In this document: positions 26,851 to 42,415 of the stretch, in pieces | How positions within the stretch are numbered: the first letter of the stretch is position 1 | Layout of the letters: each line of letters opens with the position of its first letter | Assembly: GCA_964016885.1 (NCBI GenBank) | Contig: CAXHJY010001154.1 | Coordinates: 1-51,612 of the forward strand | Length of the DNA stretch: 51,612 nucleotides | Direction of reading: 5' to 3' | From: Eledone cirrhosa | Lineage: Eukaryota | The notes under the pieces: model-generated | Database searches by the model: none | Told to the model about the DNA's origin: nothing | Seen by the model: only the letters and a program-made list of their open reading frames with translations | Made by a program: the position numbers and the translations under genes

Positions 26851-27324
26851 CATATATATAATATAGATATATATATATATACATATATATAATATAGATA
26901 TATATATATACACATATATATAATATAGATATATATATATACACATATATATACACACACATATATACACATATATATATACACATATATATACACACAC
27001 ATATATATACACATATATACACACACACATATATATATACACATATATATATACACACACATATATATATACACATATATATATACACACACATATATAT
27101 ACACATATATATATACACATATATATACACATATATATATACACATATATATACACATATATATACACACATATATATACACATATATATACACATATAT
27201 ATACACATATATATACACATATATATACACATATATATATACACATATATATACACATATATATATATACACATATATATATATACACATATATATATAT
27301 ACACATATATATATATACATACAC

Positions 27325-27355
<31 letters not shown>

Positions 27356-27459
27356 TATATATATATACACATATATATATATACACACATATATATATAT
27401 ATACACACATATATATATATATATATATACACATATATATATATATATACACATATATA
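26627..27459. repeat. TA/CA microsatellite
   Basis: Direct inspection. Confidence 0.98.
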
Positions 27460-30388
<2,929 letters not shown>

Positions 30389-30561
30389 TTTGATTTTGTA
30401 GGAACCAGATCTCTCTTCTTTTCCCTTATCACAGCAATATCTCAACTGGGTTTGCACTGAAATTCCTGCCTACAGCTTTAACACAACGTCATTACCAGAC
30501 CCAAGATTATATGTAAAGATGTTTGAACTTAAAACCTCTGACATAAACCTCTTATACTATA

Positions 30562-30619
<58 letters not shown>

Positions 30620-30874
30620 TCTTGAAATTATGTTAGTTCATAGTAAGCTGCTACGTCGCGAGTTTAATTATAAAATAGTCGAAAGCTTTAGATATGTAAG
30701 CCTCTGTAGACGGTAAAATTACAATAGAAACATCTGCGAGACTCAAACTGCATTACCATTACCATAAAGAGAATCTGACTCTTCGAATCGTTATTTTAAG
30801 GTTTTGTCCATCAACCAGTTGCAATAATTTCTTTGTAAACTTTCTTAATTACATTTATCTGTTTGGGCTGCTGC

Positions 30875-31173
30875 TAGGGTTTTATTTAGACCTTGAGGGG
30901 CCCAGGGTACTCCAGGTTTGGTGGGACCCACATACACAAACAGATTAGAAGACAGCCCCCCCCCCCCCCCCCCATTTTTCATATCAATGTTAGCTTGGCC
31001 CAAGTAATTGAAATTCAAACGTTATACATACAGGTATTAAATTCAAAAAATTCTAACCATCTTAAAACTAAAAAGCCCAGTTAGGGACACAAATTGCTAC
31101 GGCCGTCGCTAGTGGGGCCCTCCACTGCAAGGGGACAGGGGCAATTGTCCCACCTCTATTAAATCCGGCCCTG
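30875..31173. mobile_element. hAT-type MITE
   Basis: Right TIR TAAATCCGGCCCTG, degenerate left TIR TAGGGTTTTATTTA, subterminal GGGGCCC; 8-bp TSD GCTGCTGC (30867-30874) and GCTGCAGC (31174-31181). Confidence 0.7.
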
Positions 31174-31291
31174 GCTGCAGCCATGCTGGGGCCGTATCGA
31201 CATGATTTGTTGTAGAATATTTCCCGCCATTATATTCTCTAAGAATTATTTTTGTCGATCTTGTAAGTTTCGAAATGTAAAGGGTATATTA

Positions 31292-32228
31292 ATATAACTG
31301 TTTTTACTTTCGGCACAAGGCCAGCAATCACCCAGTGCATTACTGGTACTTTATTTTATCGACCCCGTAAGGATGAAAGGCAAAGTCAACCTCGGCGGGA
31401 TTTGAACTCAGATCATAAAGGGACGTAACTATGCTGGAAAGCATGGCGTCCGACCCTCTACTGATACTGCCAATATAACAGAAAAGAACTAGGTGTCATA
31501 CTACTATTAATAGTGCAGGCTATACAGTTTTCTTTTTCGCTCTAAGGTGATATATAGTATAATATAATTGTTTCTACTTTTTGCACAAGGCCAGCAATTA
31601 TCCAGTGCATTACTGGTACTTTATTTTATCGACCCCGTAAGAATGAAAGGCAAAGTTAACCTCGGCGGGATTTGAACTCAGATCGTAAAGGGACGTAACT
31701 CTATGCTTCAAAGCATGGTGTCCGACCCTCCACCGATACTGCCAATCCACCGCCCTTAATATATATAGTATAATATAATATTAGTATCTTCTTCTTGACT
31801 CACCCCTCTATCAATGGTGAAGCATTCCTTTTGCCTTTTCTAATGGCTACGATATATGCGGCTGGCCACACCTCATAGATTTCTCCGCCGCGAGCAGTTG
31901 TCAAATATGACAAATTTGTAGTTAATTTATTTATGATAAAAACTGTATAAACATGATATTATTTACAGTAACAATAACAATAATAATAATGATTTCTAGT
32001 ATAGGCATAAGGCCAGTAATTTGGAGGTTGGGAAAAGTCAATTTAATCGACCCCAGTACATTACTGGGTGCTTTATTTTATCGACCTCATAAGGATGAAA
32101 GGTAAAGTTAACCTCGGATAATAATTGTTTCTACTTTACGCACAAGGCCAGCAATTAACCAGTGCATTACTGGTACTTTATTTTATCGACCCCGTAAGGA
32201 TGAAAGGTGAAGTCAACCTCGGCGGGAT
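31292..32228 (-). mobile_element. Four family A SINEs (31292-31473, 31563-31755, 31985-32118, 32119-32228)
   Basis: Reverse-complement matches to the family consensus. Confidence 0.88.
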
Positions 32229-32299
32229 AACGACGGCAATAATAATGAAAAAAGCAAAACAAAAGGAAAGAAAGAATAGGGAAATATAGAGAAAAAAGA

Positions 32300-33085
32300 G
32301 AAAGAAAGCAGAAAGAAAGCAGGAAGAAAGCAGAAAGAAAGAAGAAAAAGAACAGGAAGGGGAGGGTATGGCAAGAGCTCTGGTGTCACAGAACAGAGGG
32401 GAGGGGTGACGGGGGAGCGTGATTGGGCTTTGGACCTAGGGCAAGAGAGCAGGAGAGCTGTGCTCCGCGGACAAGACGGGAAAAGCATCCACGCGGAAGA
32501 TGGCCAATGACAACCGCTGCAACAGCCACCCAACCTCGTAGGGCTCCCTCCTCAGTGGGCAGCCGATGCTCCGATCTTGTAGAGGAGCTCGGCAGTACGG
32601 GGGTCCAAGTACTCCTGAGATCTCGACAGCAACCGGTGCGAAGAGGAAGCGGCCTGACAAACCCCGGTGTTTCTTTATTTTACGTTCTTCTGTGAGGTGC
32701 GCCGTGATGCCGAGGTTTGTGGCCGAAACGACTAAGCTGGAGGCGGAGAGCATGTCACAGCAAGTGGCGTCCTTCGAATGGAAAGAGGGTGATTCCGTCG
32801 GGGCGCTTGCCATCTCCGTAGTCTAGGCCTGCTGGCTCCAGTTGAGATGGAAAGCCAGCTGCGTCCAGGCTTCTTCTCAATATGTCATTGAGCGCGGCGT
32901 GTCGGGGGAACCGGCCTGCGCTCTGGCGGCAAGACAGTAGGTGCAGGCCGAACTTGTAAACGCAGCAGCATTCATGTGGCTCACAGATACGGAGTCCAAA
33001 GTGTTGGGCTACTCCGATGCGAGTGCATTCATCATCAAGAAGGGTACCGGTTGATTGAGGAGGGCACCGAATTGAACCACGCGCC
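32300..33085 (-). mobile_element. CRE-clade non-LTR retrotransposon 3' fragment (zinc knuckle plus RLE), decayed
   Basis: GTLLDD..RIGVA..GLRICEPHEC..GLHLLSC..GRFPRHAALNDIL, EPAGL..DGKRPDGITLFPF, EERKIKKH..FAPVAVEISG..GP, LLQRLSLAIFR; frameshifted. Confidence 0.8.
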
Positions 33086-33475
33086 GTTGTTGGGCTGAAA
33101 AACGAAGCGGAGGCAGGCGAAGCGGTGTTGGTCCCAGTTAATAGACGATCATCTGAGAAAGCAGTGGTATTCATGACGCCGAGGTCATCTAATTAAACTG
33201 ATGATCGTCACATGAGCTACTGCTTAGTATGAGACAAGCAGGATTTTTATCGAGGGTTACTCCTCTAGATACAACCTGTTCTACTAAAATATGATAGCCA
33301 TATCAGAGGGATCTCGTGTAGGATGTGAGAAAATATAATATAGCGTGCATGCGAGAGAGAGAGAGAGATAGTTAACATACATACAAGCTCAAATGCTTGA
33401 ATTAGTGGATAGTGTTGGTTTAGAGTCACTTCTTTTGCAATTATTTTAGGGCAATTAGCATTCATGGTTTTGCGC

Positions 33476-33518
<43 letters not shown>

Positions 33519-33735
33519 AGAGATATATATCCATATATGTATATAGCCTTCTCATCAGGCATCATGCATGCTTAGCATAACATCCCTAGCCTAAATCCCT
33601 CCAGTCTATCAAAGCCATGAACCTACACGCCCAACCACCTGTAAAAGACTCAGGCATATAAGTAACATATCAATAGTCGACGCTTTAGAAATAGCTGCCA
33701 AATCTCACTTGAAGCAGGCCCTTTCGTTATAAAAG

Positions 33736-33830
33736 ATAATTGTTTCTACTTTAGGCACAATGCCAGCAATTACCCAGTGCATTACTGGTACTTTATTTTA
33801 TCGACCCCGTAAGGATGAAAGGAAAAGTCA
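33736..33830 (-). mobile_element. Family A SINE (3' half)
   Basis: Match to the family. Confidence 0.85.
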
Positions 33831-33970
33831 AAATGCTACTGCGGTTTTGTCCGTAGGGCTCAGCCCTAACAGCACCATGCCCTAGGCCTAAAGCGCATCA
33901 ATCTCCCCGTTCACACCCCCATTCTTCTTTGACCCTAGAGCTCTTGCCTTTCCCTTCCTTTTCCGTTCTA
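33831..33970 (+). mobile_element. Extreme 3' end of a second CRE-like copy
   Basis: NATAVLS.. followed by GCCCTAGGCCTAAAGCGC..AGAGCTCTTGCC..CCCTTCC, similar to the minus strand of 32345-32490. Confidence 0.55.
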
Positions 33971-33994
33971 AATTATTAATAATACTATCCTAAA

Positions 33995-34186
33995 TAATAA
34001 CTGTTTCTACTTTTGGCACAAGGCCATCAATTATCGCAGTGTATTACTGGTACTTTATTTTATCGACGCCGTATGAATGAAAGGCAAAGTTAACCTCGGC
34101 GAGATTTGAACTCAGACCGAAAAGGGACGTAACTATGATACAAAGCATGGCGTCCGACTCTCTACCGATACTGCCAATCCACGGCT
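33995..34186 (-). mobile_element. Family A SINE
   Basis: Match to the family. Confidence 0.88.
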
Positions 34187-34620
34187 CTAAATAATAATGA
34201 TTTCTTTATAAAGGTAAAATAAAAAGCAAATTAAGTTTAAAATATTGAAACCATTAAAAATAAAATCGCAATCAAATACGCCATTTGCTCATAATAATGA
34301 TATGGGGAGATCGGGAGGGACAGAGCCAGTGACAGTGGGAATTTGGTTCCTTTGTGTTCGGACCTGGTGTATATGTATATGTTTCACGACCTCTCCCTTC
34401 ACACAGACAGACACACACAACCACATCATATGTGTTAATATACATCTTTTGTATAAAATTACAGAATCTACAACTGGACATGTTAGGTAATATACTTTTT
34501 TATTTTAACCAATTCAGATGATCAAAGCTGGAACATAATTTTGACCATAGGCCGGCTGGATCAGGACTAAATTAGTTTCCTTTTGTTATTTTTTTTTACA
34601 TAGAAAATAAATAATTCATT

Positions 34621-34747
34621 AATAATTGTTTCTTCTTTTGGCACAAGGCCATCAATTACACCAGTGCATTACTGGTACTTTATTTTATCGATCCCGTAAG
34701 GATGAAAGGCAAAGTTAACCTCGGCGGGACTTGAACTCAGACCGTAA
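34621..34747 (-). mobile_element. Family A SINE (5'-truncated)
   Basis: Match to the family. Confidence 0.85.
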
Positions 34748-34804
34748 ATAAAAAAAAAATCATGAACAAATCTATTTTAAATAACAACAAGACTACAGAT
34801 ATTT

Positions 34805-34915
34805 AAAAAAACGGAAAATGAAGGGAAGGACAAGGGTTCTGGGGTCACGAAAAAAAAAGGGGGGGGGGGGGCTCTAGGTCTAGGGTACGGTGGACAAGAC
34901 CGCAAAAGCACAACG
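34805..34915 (-). mobile_element. Extreme 3' end of a third CRE-like copy
   Basis: Minus strand GCTTTTGCGGTCTTGTCC..CCCTAGACCTAGAGCCC..CAGAACCCTTGTCCTTCCCTTC. Confidence 0.5.
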
Positions 34916-35399
34916 ACAACGACGCCAAAACAACAACATTAGCAGCAATACCAACAACAACTACGACACCAAAACAGCAACAACAACCTTAGTAGCATGA
35001 GCAGCAGCAATAATAACAAAAGATAAACAAAACCAACTATAATGACAACAGCAACAATGACAACAACAACAACAACAACAACAATAACAGCAGCCACAAT
35101 GACAACAACAACAACAACTAGGCTTCAGATATTTTAAGTGCAACATCTAAGCAACATATGTTAAATAAAATGCTACTCAATTAGTCAACAAAGTGTGTGG
35201 CAGAGATAGTCACGTTTGGAATGTCTTTGATCAGAACTGACCTTGGGTTAAACAACAACAACAGCAATAACAATATCATATGATATATCAGTTAAGTGCA
35301 GCATGAGCTAAATGTAACATTACACCAGTTATATGGTAAAGTGTGCAGTAAGGGATGGTTCTCATTAGAATGTCTTTGATGTTGATTGTCTTGGGAGCT

Positions 35400-35900
35400 A
35401 AACAACAACAACAACGACAACAACAACAACAAGAATGGAAACAGTAACCACAACAACAACAATGACAACAACAACCACAACAACAACGATGGCAACGACA
35501 ACCACAACAACAACGATGGCAACGACAACCACAATAACAACCACAACAACAACAACAAGAATGGCAACAGCAACCACAACAATGACAACGACAACAACCA
35601 CAACAACAACCACAACAACGACAACAAAAACAACAACGACAACGATAACAACGACAACAACCACAACAACGATGGCAACGACAACAAAAACAACAACCAC
35701 AACAACAACAACGATGGCAATGACAACAACAATAACAAGAACGATAACAACAACAACGATAACAACGACAACAACAACGACAACAACTACGATGACAACA
35801 ACAACAACGGCAACGACAACAACAACAACCATGGCAACAGCAACCATAACAACAATGACATCAATGACAACAACAACAACGACAACAACAATAGCAACAT
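35400..35900. repeat. Expanded (AAC/GAC)n trinucleotide tract
   Basis: Direct inspection. Confidence 0.95.
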
Positions 35901-36192
35901 CATATCATAATATCATTTAAGTGCAACAGAGTTTCATGGAACATGTGCTAAATGCAACATTACACTGTGGTGATATGTGCAGCAGGGGATGGTTACGAAT
36001 GGAATGTCTTTGATCAGAGCTGCACACAACAATAACACGACAACAATAACACGACCTCAATAACAACATACCATATATGCATTATGTGCAATAGAGCCTA
36101 ATGCAACTGCTGTTAAATAAAATAATACACCATCAGATATATTGCATAATGTGCAGAACTGACCTGGGACTACTAAACAAGCCTCACATTCA

Positions 36193-36539
36193 AAAGTAAA
36201 GACCCCATTCGGTCACGAATGACCATAAGATTTGCACCTGAAAGTACCCCCCCCCCACCCGAGGCACAAATCCGGGCAAGCTTTTTTGTGGAAGACCAGC
36301 AGTCGTCCATGTATACCAACCTCCCCTCTCCACGTCACTGATGTTGTCCAATGGAAAGGTAATGTCCGATACAGCTTGGCACCTGTGACGCCACAGTTCA
36401 TTTCTACAGCTGAGTGAACTGGAGCAACGTTAAATAAAATGTCTTGCTCAAGGACACAACGCATCATCCGGTCCGAGAATCGAACTCATATTCTCCCAAT
36501 TGCATGCCCAATGCTCTAACCACTAAGCCATACGCCTTC
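36193..36539 (-). mobile_element. tRNA-derived SINE, family B (CORE/V-like central domain)
   Basis: Minus strand GGCGTATGGCTTAGTGGTTAGAG..GAGTTCGATTC..GTGTCCTTGAGCAAGACA..GTTGCTCCAG; homologous to 44482-44827. Confidence 0.85.
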
Positions 36540-37639
36540 ATAACCTCACGCCATATATGCATGAAGTGCAATACAGCAACTGGTGCTAAATTTAATTCTA
36601 CACTCGTTATATTGCAGTCGGGATTGTCATGGAAAGAATGTCTTTAATCAGAGCTGACATGGGGCTAAACAACAGCAACAGCTTCACATCATATATGCAT
36701 TAAGTGCAATACAGCTTCATGCAACTGGTGTTAAATTTAATAATACACCACCAGTTATATTGCATAATTGGTAACAGGGACTGTCATGGTGGGAATGTCT
36801 TTAATCAGAACTGATGTTGGGCTAAACAACAGCAACTACAACAACAGCCTCATACCATATCCTCATTAAGTGCAATGCAGCCTCAAGCAATTGATGCTAA
36901 ATAAAATGCCCCATCAGTTATACTGCATAATTGGGAGCAGGGATTGTCATGGCTGGAATATCTTTAATCAGAGATGACCCTAGGCTAAACAACAACAACC
37001 TCACGCCATATATACACTAACTGCTGCAAGGCATCATGCAACTGGGACTAAATTTAATACTACACCACCAATAATTTGCAGCCGGGATTGTCATGGCAAG
37101 AATGTCTTTGATCAGAGCTGACCTGGGGCTAAACAGCAGCAGCAACAACCTTACGCCACATATGCAGTAACTGCTGCAAGACATAATGCAACTGATGCTA
37201 AATTTAATACTACACCACCAATAATTTGCAGCCGGGATTGTCATGGCAAGAATGTCTTTGATCAGAACTGACTTGGGGCTAAACAACAACAGCCTCACAC
37301 CATATATGCACTAACTGCTGCAAGTATCATGCGACTGGTGCTAAATTTAATACTACACCACCAGTTGTATGGTGCTATGTGCAGCAAGGCTCCACAGTAA
37401 ACGGAAACAGGACATATTATCTTACAGGAATTGCTCCTAAACATTTGTATGGCTCAGTAGTAGTACTAGTAGTAGCATTAGTAGTATTAGTATTCGTAGT
37501 ATTAGTAGTAGTAGGCTTCATCGTAGCAGTAGTAGTAGTAGTTGCTATGGTAGAAGATGTAGTAGTAGTAGTAGTTGTTGCTGTTATTGTTATGGTTGTA
37601 GCTATTGTTCTAGTTGTAGCTGAACAAGTTGTTATTGTT

Positions 37640-38320
37640 TTAGTTGTCGTGGCTGTAGTTCTAGTTGTAGTTGTCGTGGCTGTAGTTCTAGTTCTAGTTG
37701 TCGTGGCTGTAGTTCTAGTTCTAGTTGTCGTGGCTGTAGTTCTAGTTCTAGTTGTCGTGGCTGTAGTTCTAGTTCTAGTTGTCGTGGCTGTAGTTCTAGT
37801 TCTAGTTGTCGTGGCTGTAGTTCTAGTTGTCGTGGCTGTAGTTCTAGTTGTCGTGGCTGTAGTTCTAGTTGTCGTGGCTGTAGTTCTAGTTGTCGTGGCT
37901 GTAGTTCTAGTTCTAGTTGTCGTGGCTGTAGTTCTAGTTCTAGTTGTCGTGGCTGTAGTTCTAGTTCTAGTTGTCGTGGCTGTAGTTCTAGTTGTCGTGG
38001 TTCTAGTTCTAGTTGTCGTGGTTCTAGTTCTAGTTGTCGTGGTTCTAGTTCTAGTTGTCGTGGCTGTAGTTCTAGTTCTAGTTGTCGTGGCTGTAGTTCT
38101 AGTTGTCGTGGCTGTAGTTCTAGTTGTCGTGGCTGTAGTTCTAGTTGTCGTGGCTGTAGTTCTAGTTGTCGTGGCTGTAGTTCTAGTTGTCGTGGCTGTA
38201 GTTCTAGTTGTCGTGGCTGTAGTTCTAGTTGTCGTGGCTGTAGTTCTAGTTCTAGTTGTCGTGGCTGTAGTTCTAGTACTAGTTGTCGTGGCTGTAGTTC
38301 TAGTTCTAGTTGTCGTAGTT
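37640..38320. repeat. 21/27-bp minisatellite
   Basis: Unit GTTCTA(GTTCTA)GTTGTCGTGGCTGTA; produces the spurious poly-Val ORF. Confidence 0.95.
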
Positions 38321-38518
38321 GAAGAAGTTGTAGTTGTGATAGTAATTCTATTTATTGGTGTTGAATCAGTTTAAAGAGAACAGAAGTTCTCTCAATGACT
38401 TCTCATAATCTGAATAACTCTAAACGGAGGTTCCATCTTGAAGTTGCGAGATAATCTCGTGTAATTTCCACTCTACATTTCAATATATATATATATATAT
38501 ATATATACACAGTATTTA

Positions 38519-39085
38519 AAAACAAACCGAACATTATAATAAATGTTCGGTAAACCCATACGTACATATATATATGTGCATGTATGTATATATATACATA
38601 CTACTGTACGTCTGTATAGATATATGTATGTACGTATACATACTTACATTTAAGTATCAGCCGAACTAAGAGTGAGAATTGAAATTTCGTTTCATTCTTT
38701 TCCATTTAGCGTTTTCGGTACGTCCGGCCGACTAACTCACTCGATATGCAAATTTGGCTGCTCAGCCGTCAATATGCATAAGGAAAGTATATACTTTCAA
38801 ACGTTCAATCATCTGACAGGAAGGTATACGATGTTGACGATAGCTAATAAGCTTAAAACTAGTACATCGTTCCTGTGTCAGTGTTGAACAAAAAGGCGAC
38901 GATGGTTGCAGAACACTGTACGGCGTAATTCGGGCTGTTTGTTTACAAACAAACCGAGCATTATAATAAATGTTCGGTAAAGCCATACGTACATATATAT
39001 ATATGTGTGCATGTATGTATATATATATACATACGACTGTACGTCTGTATACATTTATGTATGTACGTATACATATTTACATTAC
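38519..39085. repeat. ~130-bp direct repeats (38519-38650, 38947-39085) flanking a ~300-bp unique segment
   Basis: Both begin AAACAAACCGARCATTATAATAAATGTTCGGTAAA.CCATACG. Confidence 0.8.
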
Positions 39086-39184
39086 ATATATATATATAGA
39101 TAGATATACATACACATATACATATTACTGTACGTCTGTATACATATATGTATGTACGTATACATACTTACATTACATACATGC

Positions 39185-39516
39185 TTACATTACATATATA
39201 TATGTCTATCTATATCTATACATATATATACATACATACTTACATTACATATATATATGTCTATCTATATCTATACATATATATATATACATACATACAT
39301 TACATATATATATGTCTATCTATATCTATACATATATATATATACATACATACATTACATATATATATGTCTATCTATATCTATACATATATATATATAC
39401 ATACATACATTACATATATATATGTCTATCTATATCTATACATATATATATATATATATATACATACATTACATATATATATGTCTATCTATACATATAT
39501 ATATATATATATATAC

Positions 39517-39563
<47 letters not shown>

Positions 39564-39670
39564 CGCATACATATATATATATATACGCATACATATATAT
39601 ATATATATATACGCATACATATATATACACATACATATATATATACACATACATATATATATATACATAC
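39185..39670. repeat. ~55-bp higher-order microsatellite units plus TA tract
   Basis: TACATTACATATATATATGTCTATCTATATCTATACA.. about 6 units. Confidence 0.9.
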
Positions 39671-39707
39671 AAAGGAGAGGCACAGAAAACAAAGAAAAGA
39701 ATCCCCA

Positions 39708-39750
39708 GTCACTGAAGAGGTCACATAATGCGTGACGAAAGAACTTTGAC
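39708..39750 (+). ncRNA. Minimal type I hammerhead ribozyme
   Basis: GTCA-CTGAAGA-g-gtcac(ataatgc)gtgac-GAAA-gaac-tt-TGAC; intact core, CUU triplet; lies in a ~230-bp island between TA arrays. Confidence 0.8.
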
Positions 39751-39899
39751 AATATATAAACAACCATCTGGTTGTGGAATAACCAACCAACCGGAAATTT
39801 ATAAATTCCTAAATTTATAAATTTATTATAATAAATTGAAGTGAAAGCAACTGGTGCGTGTGTTTCTTATTGGCAACATGACCCTCCCAAAGTATAACA

Positions 39900-40808
39900 A
39901 TATATATATATATACATACATATATACATACATATATGTATATATACATACATATATATGTACATATACATACATATATACACATATATACATACATATA
40001 TATGTACATATACATACATATATACACATATATACATACATATATATGTACATATGCATACATATATACACATACATACATATATATGTACATATACATA
40101 CATATATACACATATATACATACATATATACACATACATACATACATATATATGTACATATGCATACATATATACACATACATACATACATACATATATA
40201 CACATACATACATACATACATATATATGTATATATAAATATATACATACATATATATGTATATATACATATATACATACATATATACATATATACATACA
40301 TATATATATACATACATATATTTGTATACATACATATATACATACATATACACACACACACACATACATACATACATACATACATACATACATACATACA
40401 TACATACATACATACACATACATATACATATATACACATACATACATATACATACATATACATATATATATACATACATATACATATATATACATACATA
40501 TACATACATACATATATACACATACATATACATATATACACATACATATACACATATACACATACATATACACACATACATATACATATATATACATACA
40601 TATACATACATACATACATATATACACATACATACATACATATATACACATACATATACATATATACACATACATATACATATATACACATACATACATA
40701 TACATACATATACATACATATACATATATATATATACATACATATACATACATATACATACATATACATATACATACATATATATACATATATATATATA
40801 TATACATA
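39900..40808. repeat. TACA/TA microsatellite
   Basis: Direct inspection. Confidence 0.98.
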
Positions 40809-41548
40809 TTACGAGTATTATGAAGCAATTGGTAGCAAAAGGAAGTCGTTTAGAAGTTGTTATGTCTAGAAATTCGAGCAGCAACCACATGGCACTTTTA
40901 TTTTTACATACCTTTTATTATATATTTATTTATATTTATATATTTTAAGGGTTTTTTCACATTTTACTTTATCCTCGTGTCGTTATTTTATAGTCTTTCC
41001 CCTTCATTTATCCTCATTCTAACATAACTGTGTCTCTGTCCTCTCTTTTTTTGCAAATACACACACACACGTGTGTGTGTGTGTGTGTGTGTGCGTGTGT
41101 GTGTATGAGTGTGTGAGTGTTTGTGGATGTATATATACATTATACATATATATATATACACAAGTATTTATATATATATATATATATATGTGTGTATGTG
41201 TTTGTTGATGTTTGTATATATTATAGAAAGTCAGGACCCCGACGGCTGAGCTCCAGCCGTTTCGTGTATTCTGGTGGGTTGTTGTCCACCCGTTTTTTTT
41301 TTACCGCATGCTATTTGGTATATATATACATATATATAAATGAGAGAGAGAGGGGGGAGAGAGAGGGAGAGAGAGGGGGTGGAGGGGTGGATGGAGGGAG
41401 GGATGGAGAGAGGGAGAGAGGGAGAGAGGGAGGGAGGGAGAGAGGGAGAGAGAGAGAGAGGGAGGGAGAGAGGGAGGGAAGAGGGGGGGGGGATAGAGAG
41501 AATGTCTCTTTTTTATAATTGAAGCTCTATGGACTGTTGGGGCATGAT

Positions 41549-41646
41549 AATATAACTGTTTCTACTTTTTGGCACAAGGCCAGCAATTATCCCAGTACAT
41601 TACTGGTACTTTATTTTATCGACCCCTTACGGGGTCGATAAAATAA
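41549..41646 (-). mobile_element. Family A SINE 3' part with a folded-back end
   Basis: TTATTTTATCGACCCC-TTAC-GGGGTCGATAAAATAA palindrome at the truncation point. Confidence 0.8.
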
Positions 41647-41689
41647 TATAACATCAAGACTTAAGTTTCGAAATGCGAACGCCACCACC

Positions 41690-42012
41690 AACACTATCCT
41701 CATCATCTCCACCCACCAGCAGAAACCGCCGCCACCACTATCATCATCTCCACCGGACCACCGCCGCCACCTCTATCATCATCTCCACCGGACCACCGCC
41801 GCCACCTCTATCATCATCTCCACCAGACCACCGCCGCCACCTCTATCATCATCTCCACCAGACCACCGCCGCCACCTCTATCATCATCTCCACCGGACCA
41901 CCGCCGCCACCTCTATCATCATCTCCACCGGACCACCGCCGCCACCTCTATCATCATCTCCACCAGACCACCGCCGCCACCTCTATCATCATCTCCACCA
42001 GACCACCGCCAC
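41690..42012. repeat. 35-bp minisatellite, about 8-9 units
   Basis: Unit CCACCRGACCACCGCCGCCACCTCTATCATCATCT. Confidence 0.95.
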
Positions 42013-42114
42013 TGGATATATTCCTAAAAATATTGTCTGTAGCAAGGTTTTAGATGATCAACATGTAACGTGCAAAGGTTATAGTAGCCTCTCAAACCTG
42101 TCTGTCTTTTCCCT

Positions 42115-42174
<60 letters not shown>

Positions 42175-42184
42175 GACTGACGAT

Positions 42185-42330
42185 ACCTGTACCAGCCCTG
42201 GACTTTGTTTATGAACTCCGAAAAAATGAAAACCAAGGTAAAACTTACGCGGGATTTGAACAGAGTTGGATCTATCGGAACAAATACCACAATACAAGCC
42301 ATCCATCGATCTAACGACTCCCAAATTGAT
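42185..42330 (-). mobile_element. Old, diverged family A-like SINE
   Basis: GCGGGATTTGAAC B-box complement and a degenerate core. Confidence 0.5.
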
Positions 42331-42415
42331 TACCAAATACACCTGCATACATATATCTATACCCATGTACATATATACTTACACTCATATATCCATCTAA
42401 ACATGTATATGTACA

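Larger units (their letters stand above)
35137..37385 (+). repeat. Tandem array of about 10 diverged 120-150 bp retroposon 3'-tail units, each ending in (CAA)n
   Basis: Recurrent AAGTGCAA..TGCTAAATTTAATACTACACC..GGGATTGTCATGG..GAATGTCTTTGATCAGARCTGACCTGGGGCTAAACAACAAC. Confidence 0.8.

Noticed and set aside
33197-33560. Isolated CTGATGA motifs (about 33198 +, about 33550 -)
   Set aside because: No matching GAAA or stem architecture for a hammerhead.
35386-35920. Asn/Thr-rich ORFs
   Set aside because: They come from an expanded (AAC)n retroposon tail.
37379-38374. 331-aa hydrophobic membrane-like ORF
   Set aside because: It is a minisatellite translation.
40810-40900. Possible hammerhead remnant (TATGAAG...GAAATTCGAGCA)
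   Set aside because: Core and stems are too degenerate to support.
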